The translations under genes and the position numbers were made by a program. A stretch of DNA of 64,000 bases from Candidatus Omnitrophota bacterium. Its GTDB lineage: Bacteria > Omnitrophota > Gorgyraeia > Gygaellales > JAQTUX01. Where the stretch lies: the NCBI GenBank assembly GCA_028707125.1, contig JAQTUX010000001.1, forward strand, positions 468,142 through 532,141, read 5' to 3'. The notes beneath the pieces are model-generated. The model saw only the letters and a list, made by a program, of their open reading frames with translations, was not told where the DNA came from and made no database searches. How positions within the stretch are numbered: the first letter of the stretch is position 1; every line of letters starts with the position of its first letter. Below are positions 9,996-20,468 of this stretch, one piece after another.

Positions 9996-10412
9996 ATGCA
10001 AGTAATCACTAATTCTGAGAAAGAGACGTTTGATCTGGGCAGGAAATTGGCGGCGCGCTTAAAAAAAGGGGACATAGTCGCGCTTGAGGGAGAACTCGGC
10101 GCGGGCAAGACCATATTCGTCAAGGGCGTTGCCGCCGGCCTGGGGTTTGACAGGGACAAGGTCGTGAGCTCGTCCTTTGTCTTGATCAGGGAATATAAGG
10201 CGAAGCTCCCCCTGCATCACTTTGACCTTTACCGGCTGAAGAATAAATGCGAATTCGCCGACTTAGGATACGAGGAATATTTTTTTGGCGATGGTGTCTG
10301 CCTTGTGGAGTGGGCTGATAAAGCAAGGGAGTTCATCCCGCCGCGGGCGATCCGCATATCGTTTAAGGTCGCGGGCAAGGATAAGAGGAAGATTGAATAT
10401 TCTGGGCTTTGA
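9996..10412 (+). CDS. tsaE: tRNA t6A37 biosynthesis ATPase TsaE
   Basis: Walker A GELGAGKT within ~140 aa of YjeE-like architecture; followed by tsaB. Confidence 0.8.
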   Translation: MQVITNSEKETFDLGRKLAARLKKGDIVALEGELGAGKTIFVKGVAAGLGFDRDKVVSSSFVLIREYKAKLPLHHFDLYRLKNKCEFADLGYEEYFFGDGVCLVEWADKAREFIPPRAIRISFKVAGKDKRKIEYSGL

Positions 10413-11049
10413 TACATCCAGCAGGATGCTGGCTATAGTTGTGGGCAATGATAAAGGCGTGCTTGCCGCCCGCAACATCAACGCGCGCGTTAAGCATTCG
10501 GTTATGATAATGCCCGCGATAGAGGCGCTGCTTAAAAAGGCGGGGCTTAAGAAGGGGCGCATCGATGCTGTGGCAGCGGGCCTTGGCCCGGGTTCTTTAA
10601 CAGGTATAAGGATCGGCGTATCCACGGCAAAAGGGCTCTGCCTTGGCCTGGACAGGCCGGCCATAGGCATATGCAGTTTGGATATCATTGCCCGTAACGC
10701 GGATAGCGGCGACAGCGATGTATGTGTGCTAGTAGACGCGAAGCGCTCATTGGTATATTCCGCCGTATATAGAGGCGTAAAGCGCGCGAGGCCGCCGAGA
10801 TTATCTTCTCTGGAGGATGCCTTGCGAGGGCTCAAACCAGGCACCCTGTTCCTGGGCGACGCCATAGGCATATACGGAGATCGGATAAAAGAAAAGGTTA
10901 GCCAGGCGCGCTTTGCCGCGCAAAGACAGTGGTATCCGCGCGCGGAAAATATCCTGGAGATCGCGTTATCGCCTAAGAACAGGAAGGCCGCGGCAGAGAA
11001 GCTGGTGCCGTTGTATCTTTATCCCAAAGAATGCCAGATCAGGAAATGA
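10393..11049 (+). CDS. tsaB: tRNA t6A37 biosynthesis protein TsaB (inactive Kae1/YeaZ paralogue)
   Basis: ILGFDTSS N-terminus and GPGSLTGIRIG motif. Likely TTG start at 10393, inside the longer ORF that begins at 10285. Confidence 0.65.
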   Translation: MNILGFDTSSRMLAIVVGNDKGVLAARNINARVKHSVMIMPAIEALLKKAGLKKGRIDAVAAGLGPGSLTGIRIGVSTAKGLCLGLDRPAIGICSLDIIARNADSGDSDVCVLVDAKRSLVYSAVYRGVKRARPPRLSSLEDALRGLKPGTLFLGDAIGIYGDRIKEKVSQARFAAQRQWYPRAENILEIALSPKNRKAAAEKLVPLYLYPKECQIRK

Positions 11050-12161
11050 AGAAAGAATTCTTCCGTCCCACAATAGCCGAGATAGACCTGGGCGCGCTGG
11101 AATATAATTTCCGGCAGATAAAGCGCAGGGTCTCGTCGCATACAAAGATACTGGTGACGGTCAAGGCAGACGCCTACGGACACGGCATACTGCGGGTTTC
11201 CAAGCGGCTGGTACGCTGCGGCGTGGATTATTTAGGCGTTGCTTCTCTTGATGAGGCCGTATGTTTGAGAAGGGCAGGGGTGAAATGCCCAATACTTGTC
11301 CTGGGCGTGATCTTCCCCGAACAGGCCGGGACGGTCATCGATCACGATCTGACGCAGACCGTCTGCACCCTTGATGTCTGCCGCGCCCTGGACCGGCTGG
11401 CGGCGCGCAGGCACAAACGGGTCTCTGTCCACGTAAAGATAGACACAGGTATGGGCCGGCTGGGTGTCAGCTGGGGCGACGCCGAAGAATTCATCAGCGC
11501 CCTGTATAAGCAGATGAAGCACGTTTCCATAGAGGGCATCTTTACCCATTTTCCCCGCGCCGATGATAATAAAGCCCTTACCGGACGGCAGATAAGCATG
11601 TTCAGCGCCCTGGTGCGCCGGCTTGAGAAGAAGGGCATATTCATCCTGTTCAAGCACTGCGCCAACAGTATGGCTGTGCTGGATTATCCCGGAAGCCATT
11701 TTAATCTTATAAGGCCGGGACTGATCATTTACGGCCTGTATCCCAAAGACGGCTTAGACATACGGCTGAAACCGGCGATGGGACTGAAGTCAAAGATAGT
11801 TTTTATGAAATCAGTGAAAAAAGGCACGCCGTTAAGCTACGGCCATACCTATATAACCTCTAAAGATACCTCAGTAGCAGTTGTCCCCATTGGTTACGGC
11901 GACGGCTATTCCCGCGGCCTATCCAATAAGGCCCAGGTTTTGATCAAGGGCAGGCGTTTTCCTGTTGTGGGCACTATCTGCATGGACCAGATCCTGGTTG
12001 ATACAGGCAGGTTAAAGGCAAAGGTGGGAGATGAAGTTGTCTTGATCGGCCGTCAGGGAAAACAGGCAATTACCGCTGAAGAGATCGCCCGCCTCACGCG
12101 CACCATCCCTTATGAAGTCGTCTGCCAGGTAGGCAGGCGCGTCCCGCGGATATACAGGTAA
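11031..12161 (+). CDS. alr: alanine racemase
   Basis: PLP-lysine motif VTVKADAYGHGI and C-terminal beta-domain. Its 3' 70 nt are duplicated at 21792-21872. Confidence 0.9.
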   Translation: MPDQEMKKEFFRPTIAEIDLGALEYNFRQIKRRVSSHTKILVTVKADAYGHGILRVSKRLVRCGVDYLGVASLDEAVCLRRAGVKCPILVLGVIFPEQAGTVIDHDLTQTVCTLDVCRALDRLAARRHKRVSVHVKIDTGMGRLGVSWGDAEEFISALYKQMKHVSIEGIFTHFPRADDNKALTGRQISMFSALVRRLEKKGIFILFKHCANSMAVLDYPGSHFNLIRPGLIIYGLYPKDGLDIRLKPAMGLKSKIVFMKSVKKGTPLSYGHTYITSKDTSVAVVPIGYGDGYSRGLSNKAQVLIKGRRFPVVGTICMDQILVDTGRLKAKVGDEVVLIGRQGKQAITAEEIARLTRTIPYEVVCQVGRRVPRIYR

Positions 12162-12168
12162 TATTTAC
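12088..12168 (+). repeat. left copy of the 81-bp direct repeat (alr 3' end plus 9 nt); right copy at 21792-21872
   Basis: 61 nt are identical (cccgcctcacgcg...gtcccgcg), followed by 20 nt with 4 mismatches. Confidence 0.8.
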
Positions 12169-12244
12169 TTGACAAGATGTATTCTATGTAGTATTGTGAT
12201 TTTGTAATAACTATAAGTAAATCAAATAGTTACATTCCAGATAA

Positions 12245-15200
12245 GTGTCGTTCACGAACAAATTACCTATCCTGATTTTAAAGAAAATAACCCAAACAGG
12301 GATACTCTGCGTATCCCTGTTTTTGTTTTATCTGCCATTTGCATTTGCAGACATATCTGCATCAGCCAATGTCGGTCTGACGTTAAACAGCGTTAGAGGC
12401 CGCACTATCATGGCAGGCGCCCGGCCGATTTCATTCACGTTGCGAGTTCAATACAACGGCACAAATCAACTGACTTTTGGCGCAGAAGGATTGCGGGGAA
12501 ATGCCACTTTAGACGCCCAGACAGGCAGGTTCTACTGGATGCCAGAGGAAACTGATGTAGGAACACACCCTATCACTTTCCGGGTAACAGATGGTGTAGA
12601 AACCGACCAAAAGACAGTCACATACACTATTCTGCATAACTCTACTCCTTACACGGGCTCAGTCAGTCCCGATGATGAGATAGTCCGCTCCAATGAACAG
12701 TTGGAGTTTATTGCTACTTATTTTGACAACGCCGGCTGGCAGGACATACAGGATGTGTATATGTCTATCGGAGGGGCTTACTTCAGGTATAACCTACCTG
12801 AAAATAAGCTATATGCCTCAAGTAACTTTTCCCAATGGAATGGCGGTTATACCCCAGGCACAGCACAGATCATACAGGTAGACTTGGACGAATGGCAGGC
12901 AAGACTGGATTGTTCCAAAGTTAATATAAATGGTTCAGGTAAGGCATTAGAAATTAAATGGCCCATTCTATTTATAAATAAGACGAGGCACAATATAAGA
13001 AAGAACGTCTCTTTGTATGCTAAAGATAGAAACAACCTTGATTCCGGCTGGAGGGAGTCAGGGGAGATTAAAATTAGAGGATTAAAAGGCCGCATCCTTA
13101 CCTTTGGTCAGACCATAATAGATACTATTTCTAAAGAAAACTTTACTGTGACCTACACCTTTAGCGCCTCTAAAGACGACTACATCTACATGGCATTTGC
13201 CAAGACAGAAGGAAGTGACTTCCAGCCCTACCTTCAGTTATTTGATCCAAGCGGCAGCCATATTGCTTACGTATACGATACCACAGCCAACGCGCTCGGC
13301 ACGACACTAACCGCAACAGGCAGATATGTGTTAACCGTCTCAGACCACAACGGCGAAAATACCGGCAGCTACGCTTTGACCCTTCAGCGCTTTAATAACC
13401 CGGGCCAGGCATCTGCCCTAACTGCAGGCCAGACCCAATCCGCCTCCATATCAGCCCCCTCTGAAATAGACGCCTACAGCTTTACAGCGGCCTCAGCCGA
13501 CACCTTGATCATAAACCTGGTCAAGACATCAGGAGAGTTTAGGCCCTACATAGGAGTATATGACGATAAGGGCAAGCTGCTTAAAAAAGTTGATACCTCT
13601 TCTTCAGTCACCTTAAGTATGCCGCTTGCTCGGGCAGGGGTTTACTACATCTATGTGAGGGACTCCTATAACTATGAGACAGGAAGCTACAGTATAGCCC
13701 TGCAGGGCGCCAGCAATCCTGAACTTATCCAGCTCTCCTTCGGCCCTACAGTAACAGGCGCTATCTCTGCTGCAAGCCCGACAGTCACCTACACCTTTAG
13801 CGCCTCTAAAGACGACTACATCTACATGGCATTTGCCAAGACAGAAGGAAGTGACTTCCAGCCCTACCTTCAGTTATTTGATCCAAGCGGCAGCCATATT
13901 GCTTACGTATACGATACCACAGCCAACGCGCTCGGCACGACACTAACCGCAACAGGCAGATATGTGTTAACCGTCTCAGACCACAACGGCGAAAATACCG
14001 GCAGCTACGCTTTGACCCTTCAGCGCTTTAATAACCCGGGCCAGGCATCTGCCCTAACTGCAGGCCAGACCCAATCCGCCTCCATATCAGCCCCCTCTGA
14101 AATAGACGCCTACAGCTTTACAGCGGCCTCAGCCGACACCTTGATCATAAACCTGGTCAAGACATCAGGCCAGTTTACGCCTCGTCTGACAGTATATGAC
14201 AGTAAGGGCAAGCGGCTTGAGAGCGCTAATATCTTTTCAGATACCTTAAGCGCCTCACTTCCTCAGGCAGGCGTCTACCACATCTATGTAGTGGACTCCT
14301 ATAACTATGAGACAGGAAGTTATGACATAAGCCTGCAGAGCGCCAGTAATCCCGATGGCGCTGTAGACATTGCTTTCGGTGAGACAGTAACGGGTGAGAT
14401 TTCTTCTCCTATGGATACGGATGTATATGGCTTTACCGTAAATGAAGGTGATAATTTATACGCGGATATACGTTTTCCCAAAGTCAGCGGCAATAGTTAT
14501 TTCTCTCCATATGTGCGGCTGTATGATAGGTCAGGCAATATGATTGCCGATTCTACCTCGGGTATGCTTCTTCACTCTTTGCCTTCCGCAGGAACTTATT
14601 ATATTTTTGTCTCCGACAATTATATGGATGCCACAGGCAGCTATCAACTTACTCTGTCCAATGAGACCCCTGATATAGATAATCTTTCAGTTACGCCCAA
14701 TCCTTTTTCTCCGGACGAAAGCGGCACCTGGGTAGATCTGGATACAGGGGAAATATTCAACGACCCGGGGCCTAACCGCGTTCTGGACGATGTAGCCAAT
14801 ATTTCTTTTACCGCCTCTATGCAGGGATTTTTTGATATCAAGATTATTGATAGTAACAGCCAGCTGGTCAGGCAGCTTGTTTATGACGTATTAACTCCGG
14901 ATCACCGGACTAATTTGATACGAGTGCAGTGGAATGGCCGCAGCCAGAATAGTGATTTAGTTCCAAACGGCGCGTATACGCTGATAGTAAACTCCGGAAA
15001 TGTTGACAGGTGTCTGACCGCGACAATTAATGTAAACAAAATTGTTTTTATCACTATTGCCAGAATAACGCCAAATCCTTTTTCTCCTGACCGTGACGGT
15101 GTAGACGAAACAACCACCCTTTCTTACAGTTTATCTGAGAATTCCTATGTCAGCGTAGAGATTTATAACCAGCAAAATACTCTATTAAGAAAGTTAGCAG

Positions 15201-16279
15201 ACAATCAACTCCTTAGCTACGGCAGCCATAGCCATATCTGGGACGGTAAAGATAGTCAGGGTGCATACCTTCCTGAAGGCAGATACACTGTGAAGATAAG
15301 CGCTAAGGCAGAGGATGGAAAAGACGCAGCTCCTGTTTACCTGAATGTTGCCATACTGTTTATTTCTGATATCCGTATTTCTACGGACGAGATTAATCCT
15401 TACGCAGGAGAGGCCGTAACCATATCTTATAGAATGTCACATGAAGGCGTTTTAAATATTAAAATTTATAATAATAAAAATGCATTGGTAAGGAATCTTA
15501 TTCTAAACCAGCCCCGCCAGTCAGGCACATACTCAGAGGTTTGGGATGGCAAAGATAATGCCGGCAGGATTGTGCTTGACGGCGCCTACTATTTTATCAT
15601 AGAGGACAGCAAGGGTGGCGCTGTCTATGATCCTCGCGGCACAGGCGGGAAAGATATCTCCGGCAGCATCCGCCTGTCGGCATCTGATTTTAATCTGCTT
15701 CTTAATCAATTCTGTGTTATAGATTATACTCTGCCCCAGGCAGCAAAGATTAATCTTAAGGTCCGCTATGATAGATATTCAGGCCCGGCTGTCAGGGTGT
15801 TGAAATATCAAGAGCCGGTTTCTTCAGGCGCGCACCAGACGCTCTGGGACGGCAGGGATGAGACAGGAGATTTTGTTGACCGTACTGATTTTACCTTTGC
15901 CATCTGGGGATATACATTGGATGAGAATTCCATTTTGGTTGTGGGAGATAGACCTGTAATTAGCAATCCGGCTATTATCCCGGTCCGTTTTAGCCCTTAT
16001 GATAATCCTTATAGCACAGGTGTTTCAGAAGGCACAATCTCCTTTAATCTATCCAGAGATGCCAATGTTACGATAAATATTTATGATTCTGAAGGTAATC
16101 TGGCGCGCAATCTGCTGAATAATCAGCCCTGCGCGCAGGGCAGCAATTCTTTTATCTGGAACGGCAGAAATAACGAAGGTAATTTTGCGTCTGAAGGGTT
16201 TTATCGGGTAGCAATTCAGGCGGAAAAAGACGGCAATTATTCGGAAGGTTATACCTTGCATACGGAGATTTTCTATTGA
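12245..16279 (+). CDS. giant secreted surface protein with tandem PPC (pre-peptidase C-terminal) domains followed by ~5 FlgD-Ig-like domains
   Basis: Signal peptide. Repeated ...DAYSFTA...AGVYYIYV.DSYNYETGSY motifs (PPC-like). Repeated NPFSPD..G......L.Y.L.....V.V.IY....L.R.L...Q..G.H...WDG motifs (FlgD-Ig-like). GTG start. Confidence 0.6.
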   Translation: MSFTNKLPILILKKITQTGILCVSLFLFYLPFAFADISASANVGLTLNSVRGRTIMAGARPISFTLRVQYNGTNQLTFGAEGLRGNATLDAQTGRFYWMPEETDVGTHPITFRVTDGVETDQKTVTYTILHNSTPYTGSVSPDDEIVRSNEQLEFIATYFDNAGWQDIQDVYMSIGGAYFRYNLPENKLYASSNFSQWNGGYTPGTAQIIQVDLDEWQARLDCSKVNINGSGKALEIKWPILFINKTRHNIRKNVSLYAKDRNNLDSGWRESGEIKIRGLKGRILTFGQTIIDTISKENFTVTYTFSASKDDYIYMAFAKTEGSDFQPYLQLFDPSGSHIAYVYDTTANALGTTLTATGRYVLTVSDHNGENTGSYALTLQRFNNPGQASALTAGQTQSASISAPSEIDAYSFTAASADTLIINLVKTSGEFRPYIGVYDDKGKLLKKVDTSSSVTLSMPLARAGVYYIYVRDSYNYETGSYSIALQGASNPELIQLSFGPTVTGAISAASPTVTYTFSASKDDYIYMAFAKTEGSDFQPYLQLFDPSGSHIAYVYDTTANALGTTLTATGRYVLTVSDHNGENTGSYALTLQRFNNPGQASALTAGQTQSASISAPSEIDAYSFTAASADTLIINLVKTSGQFTPRLTVYDSKGKRLESANIFSDTLSASLPQAGVYHIYVVDSYNYETGSYDISLQSASNPDGAVDIAFGETVTGEISSPMDTDVYGFTVNEGDNLYADIRFPKVSGNSYFSPYVRLYDRSGNMIADSTSGMLLHSLPSAGTYYIFVSDNYMDATGSYQLTLSNETPDIDNLSVTPNPFSPDESGTWVDLDTGEIFNDPGPNRVLDDVANISFTASMQGFFDIKIIDSNSQLVRQLVYDVLTPDHRTNLIRVQWNGRSQNSDLVPNGAYTLIVNSGNVDRCLTATINVNKIVFITIARITPNPFSPDRDGVDETTTLSYSLSENSYVSVEIYNQQNTLLRKLADNQLLSYGSHSHIWDGKDSQGAYLPEGRYTVKISAKAEDGKDAAPVYLNVAILFISDIRISTDEINPYAGEAVTISYRMSHEGVLNIKIYNNKNALVRNLILNQPRQSGTYSEVWDGKDNAGRIVLDGAYYFIIEDSKGGAVYDPRGTGGKDISGSIRLSASDFNLLLNQFCVIDYTLPQAAKINLKVRYDRYSGPAVRVLKYQEPVSSGAHQTLWDGRDETGDFVDRTDFTFAIWGYTLDENSILVVGDRPVISNPAIIPVRFSPYDNPYSTGVSEGTISFNLSRDANVTINIYDSEGNLARNLLNNQPCAQGSNSFIWNGRNNEGNFASEGFYRVAIQAEKDGNYSEGYTLHTEIFY
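13148..14169 (+). repeat. intragenic tandem duplication, 636-bp period; 386 bp are 100% identical between units (13148-13533 vs 13784-14169)
   Basis: Exact DNA identity, giving an identical 128-aa peptide TVTYTFSASKDDYIYMAF...LVKTSG. The adjacent halves of each unit are only ~60-70% identical. Confidence 0.9.
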
Positions 16280-16285
16280 TATGGG

Positions 16286-16717
16286 GTGGACGGGATGAAA
16301 AAAACGAGTATGTATATTCTGTTTTTCATAGCCGCATTCTCTTTTAATCTTTTAGCAAAAGAGGCGTATCAAAACCAGTTGATTTTGGAATTAAACTTTC
16401 CAAAAGAAAGCACTGCTAAAATGGAGGCGCCGCGACCAAAGGCAGAGGCCCTGTCCATTTCCGGCGAAATCCTTGTTAACATCAGCCCTGTTCCTGAGAA
16501 AATAGAACAGGACAGGTATTTGGTGGAGTATTTCTTAGATGAGCAGTTAATATATCGAACCACCGGTTTTGACAGGCGCACTTTTGCCTGTATTCTGGAT
16601 ACTGCCCAATATGAAAACGGCACGCATAAGCTGATCATTAATTTCTGGGATAAATCCGGCCCTTCAGCCATCGGCATAAGAGAGCTTATCATTAACAACG
16701 AGGAAACAAATGAATAA
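16286..16717 (+). CDS. hypothetical secreted protein
   Basis: Signal peptide MYILFFIAAFSFNLLA and no recognisable motif. Lies immediately upstream of rhs with a 4-nt overlap. Confidence 0.3.
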   Translation: MDGMKKTSMYILFFIAAFSFNLLAKEAYQNQLILELNFPKESTAKMEAPRPKAEALSISGEILVNISPVPEKIEQDRYLVEYFLDEQLIYRTTGFDRRTFACILDTAQYENGTHKLIINFWDKSGPSAIGIRELIINNEETNE

Positions 16718-19700
16718 CCGCCTCCTGAAGATCCTCTCGGTATTCACGCTTTTCTTCTTTGTTTCCAATATCTTCATACCCCCTGTAGCCCTTGCCGAGC
16801 TTCCCTGCTGGAACGATGCCTCGCTTGCTTCCGGAGAGGGCGGGGTAGATGATGCAGCCACCGCAGGCGGCAAGCCCGCTGGCATAAACCAGAAGAACAG
16901 GACAGAGGCAGCAGATCCTGTTGATGTCTCAAACGGCAATTTCTTCTACCAGAACCAGGATTTATCCATCCCTTCACGAGGACTCTCCTTAGAGATAAAG
17001 CGCTTCTACAACAGTTTAGACACCTACGAAGGCCCCTTTGGCATAGGCACAAGCCACAGCTATAATATATTCTTGTTGGAGATTTCAGAAGCAAGCCAGA
17101 CATACGTTCTAAGGCGTAACGCCAACGGCTCAAAGGACAGATTCCTGCGGAATGCCGACGGTTCCCATACACCTTCAGCTGGCTGCTATGACACCTTAAC
17201 CAAAGACACAACCGGCTACCTGATACAGGACAAGTATGGCTTCATCTATCGCTTTGGTTTAGATGGTCGCCTTAACTCAATCACTGACCGAAACAACAAC
17301 ACAATCTCCTTAGAGTATGACTCACAATCATCTGTATTAAGCAGAGTCAGCGACAGCTTAAGCCGCTTTATTGAATTCGCTTATAACCCCCAGCGCAAGA
17401 TAAGCCAGGTAAGCGACTCTACCGGCCGCCTGATCTCATATGAATACGATTCAGACGGCAATCTAATCTATGTAACCACTCCTGCCACAGGGGATTATCC
17501 TTCAGGACTGACTACCACATACGCCTACGACGATAAGCACAGGTTAACCTCCATAACAAACGCCAGGGATAGGCGATATATATCCCTGGAGTATGATGAA
17601 AATAGCCGCGTAAAGGATCTTACCTATGGAGCAGGCGTATATCGCTTTAGCTATAAGAGCGCTCTTACAACCCTTATTGACCCCAGGGGCTTTACGACAG
17701 AATACGAGCTTAATACAGATGGCACAGTCCAGAGCCAGAAGCAATACGCCGGCAGCTCATCTTATCAAACCAGATACGAATACAACCAGAACCGCGAGCG
17801 CACCAGGATAACCTATCCTGAGGGCAACTGGGTTAAATACACCTATGATAATAAGGGCAGCATTCTGGAAATCAGGCGCAAGAAAGCCAACGCCTCTGAC
17901 AGTGATGACCCTGCAAATGACATAGTAGCTGCCTTTAGCTATGAGCCGCAGTTTAACTTCGTCAAGACCGCAACAGACCCTAAGGGCAACGTTACTACCT
18001 ATGATTATGACTCAAAAGGAAATCTCATCAAAATAATCTATCCGGCTGTTAACGGCGTAAAACCCGAAGTTAAATTCGCCTATAGTGCTTACGGCCCGCC
18101 AACCAGCGTAACAGACCCTAACGGTAATGTAACTACCTATGATTACGACCCTGATACTGGATACTTAGTCAAAACAACCGCTGCTCAAGGCGTTCTTAAC
18201 CTTATCACCCGGTTTACCTACGACACAACCGGTAACATCAAAACCGTAACCGACCCCAAAGGCAGCACCACGACATTTGAATACGACAGCCACAACAACC
18301 TGATTAAGACCACATCCGCTTCACCATTTAACTATGAGACCCTCTATAAATACGATGAGAACGATAACCTGATTGAGCTCCACAGACAGACCGGCGACCC
18401 TGATAATCCCTGGCAGACAACCTCCTACACCTATGATATCCTTGACCGGCTGGACTCTGTCAAAGACGCCATAGGCAATACCTCTAACTTTATCTATGAC
18501 TTAAACGGCAACCGCCGCTCGCTTGCAGATGCGGAAGGTAATACTACTACTTATGAATACGATGAACGCAATCTACTCTGGAGGGTAACCGACGCAGAGA
18601 ATAATGTTACAGAATACTCCTACGATACAAACGGCAACCTCAAGCAAATCACTGACGCAAAAGGCAATGCTACCGTCTACACCTACGACAGCTTTGATCG
18701 GCTCATCTCTACCACCTACGCTGACGACTCAATAGAGGAATACACCTATGACGCCAATTCCAACCTCATCACCAAAAAAGACCCCAAAGGCCAGGTCATC
18801 ACCTACGCCTATGACTCCATTAACCAGCTGGACTTAAAGACCTATCCTGATAAATCAAGCGTTGACTATGTTTATGACATCGGCTCCCGGCTTGTTGATG
18901 TCATTGACAAAATCGGCACCATACACTATGACTATGATGCGGCCAGCCGAATTACCAGCGTAACCTATCCCGGCAATAAATCCGTCTCTTACGAATACGA
19001 CGCCAATTCCAACCGCAGCAAGCTAACCTACCCCGATAATACCTATCTTACCTATATATATGATGAACTCAACCGCCTGACCAATGTAGTTGCCCCATTG
19101 ATGGGGCAAGGCAGTGCCGTCGCCTCCTACACCTATGACGCCCTCTCCAGACGCACCCGGCTTGACTACCTCAACAATACCTACTCGCTCTATGACTATG
19201 ACCCAGCCAGCCGCCTGACAACGCTTACCAATGTCTCTAACTCTATACCTAACCCCTACTCCTACACCTATGATAACGCGGGCAACAGGACGTCATTGCG
19301 AGGAGCCGAAGGCGACGAAGCAACCTACACCTATGACAAGACCTACCAGCTCACAGCCGTCAACTACCCTGACGGCTTTGCCTTCTTTGACACTGCCTAC
19401 GACTATGATGAGATAGGCAACCGCACGACAAACTACACCTCAAACTCCCTCAACCAATATACCAAGGCAGGTACAACCAACCTCGCCTACGACAGCAACG
19501 GCAACCTCACCAATGACGGCAGCTTCACCTACGCCTATGACTACGAGAACCGGCTGGTGAGCGCCTCGTCATTGCGAGGGAGCGAAGCGACCGAAGCAAT
19601 CTACGCCTACGACCCCTTCGGCAGGCGCACCTCAAAGTCATTGCGAGGAGCCGAAGGCGACGAAGCAATCTCCTACATCTACGATGGCGACCAGATCATC

Positions 19701-20468
19701 GCGGAATACGACGCAAGCAACAATCTCATCGCTAAATATATCTATGGTACGGGTATAGATGAACCCATTCTTATGCAAAGGGGGGAGAATGCTTATTACT
19801 ACCACTTTGACGGCCTGGGAAGCGTAGTAAACCTCACCGACTCTTCCGGCTCAAAGGTTGAAAGCTACACCTACGATGCCTACGGTAATCCCATTATCCA
19901 CGATCCATCATCCAATATCCTTCTTCAATCCTCCGTTGGTAATCGCTACATGTTCACAGGAAGAGAATATGATGATGAGACGGGGCTGTATTACTACAGG
20001 GCGAGGCATTATTCGCCGATGATTGGGAGATTCTTGCAGAGGGACTCTTGGCCAGGAATACCAGAAGATCCCGGTTCACTCGTTAATAAATATACCTACT
20101 GCTCCAACAATCCCATAAATTGGATAGATCCTTATGGGTGGGATAAACAGAAGAAGGATCAACCATGGTGGATTGTAGTTGGAGGTATTACAGTAGCTAC
20201 ACCTATTCAAGGGGATGAAGCAATCTTTTGGACAGGAGTAGGTATAGTTGCAATAGGTAGTTATGCTGTTCATCAGTTTAGTAAATATCACGCAAAAGGT
20301 CCGTTATGGAATGCTCCAGGTATGCCAGGGTGGAATTTAAGGCAATATGAAGAACGACAACCAGGAGCTTTCAAGCCACCGCCAAATTTTAAGAATTGGA
20401 AAGATAGAATTATATGGGCAGCTGGTTTACTCGCTAAATTATTTAATAATTTCAGAGGAGGCAGATGA
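16710..20468 (+). CDS. rhs: Sec-secreted Rhs/YD-repeat polymorphic toxin with variable C-terminal domain
   Basis: Signal peptide, dozens of YD repeats (xYxYDxxGNL) and the Rhs core ending ...YYYRARHYSPMIGRFLQRD...NNPINWIDPYGW. A ~120-aa divergent hydrophobic C-terminal domain follows, in visibly AT-rich DNA. Confidence 0.8.
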   Translation: MNNRLLKILSVFTLFFFVSNIFIPPVALAELPCWNDASLASGEGGVDDAATAGGKPAGINQKNRTEAADPVDVSNGNFFYQNQDLSIPSRGLSLEIKRFYNSLDTYEGPFGIGTSHSYNIFLLEISEASQTYVLRRNANGSKDRFLRNADGSHTPSAGCYDTLTKDTTGYLIQDKYGFIYRFGLDGRLNSITDRNNNTISLEYDSQSSVLSRVSDSLSRFIEFAYNPQRKISQVSDSTGRLISYEYDSDGNLIYVTTPATGDYPSGLTTTYAYDDKHRLTSITNARDRRYISLEYDENSRVKDLTYGAGVYRFSYKSALTTLIDPRGFTTEYELNTDGTVQSQKQYAGSSSYQTRYEYNQNRERTRITYPEGNWVKYTYDNKGSILEIRRKKANASDSDDPANDIVAAFSYEPQFNFVKTATDPKGNVTTYDYDSKGNLIKIIYPAVNGVKPEVKFAYSAYGPPTSVTDPNGNVTTYDYDPDTGYLVKTTAAQGVLNLITRFTYDTTGNIKTVTDPKGSTTTFEYDSHNNLIKTTSASPFNYETLYKYDENDNLIELHRQTGDPDNPWQTTSYTYDILDRLDSVKDAIGNTSNFIYDLNGNRRSLADAEGNTTTYEYDERNLLWRVTDAENNVTEYSYDTNGNLKQITDAKGNATVYTYDSFDRLISTTYADDSIEEYTYDANSNLITKKDPKGQVITYAYDSINQLDLKTYPDKSSVDYVYDIGSRLVDVIDKIGTIHYDYDAASRITSVTYPGNKSVSYEYDANSNRSKLTYPDNTYLTYIYDELNRLTNVVAPLMGQGSAVASYTYDALSRRTRLDYLNNTYSLYDYDPASRLTTLTNVSNSIPNPYSYTYDNAGNRTSLRGAEGDEATYTYDKTYQLTAVNYPDGFAFFDTAYDYDEIGNRTTNYTSNSLNQYTKAGTTNLAYDSNGNLTNDGSFTYAYDYENRLVSASSLRGSEATEAIYAYDPFGRRTSKSLRGAEGDEAISYIYDGDQIIAEYDASNNLIAKYIYGTGIDEPILMQRGENAYYYHFDGLGSVVNLTDSSGSKVESYTYDAYGNPIIHDPSSNILLQSSVGNRYMFTGREYDDETGLYYYRARHYSPMIGRFLQRDSWPGIPEDPGSLVNKYTYCSNNPINWIDPYGWDKQKKDQPWWIVVGGITVATPIQGDEAIFWTGVGIVAIGSYAVHQFSKYHAKGPLWNAPGMPGWNLRQYEERQPGAFKPPPNFKNWKDRIIWAAGLLAKLFNNFRGGR

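Noticed and set aside
13148-14169. Tandem repeats that might suggest a CRISPR array.
   Set aside because: Repeat units are 636 bp, lie in frame inside a long ORF and encode PPC-domain peptides. There is no short repeat/spacer periodicity and no cas genes.
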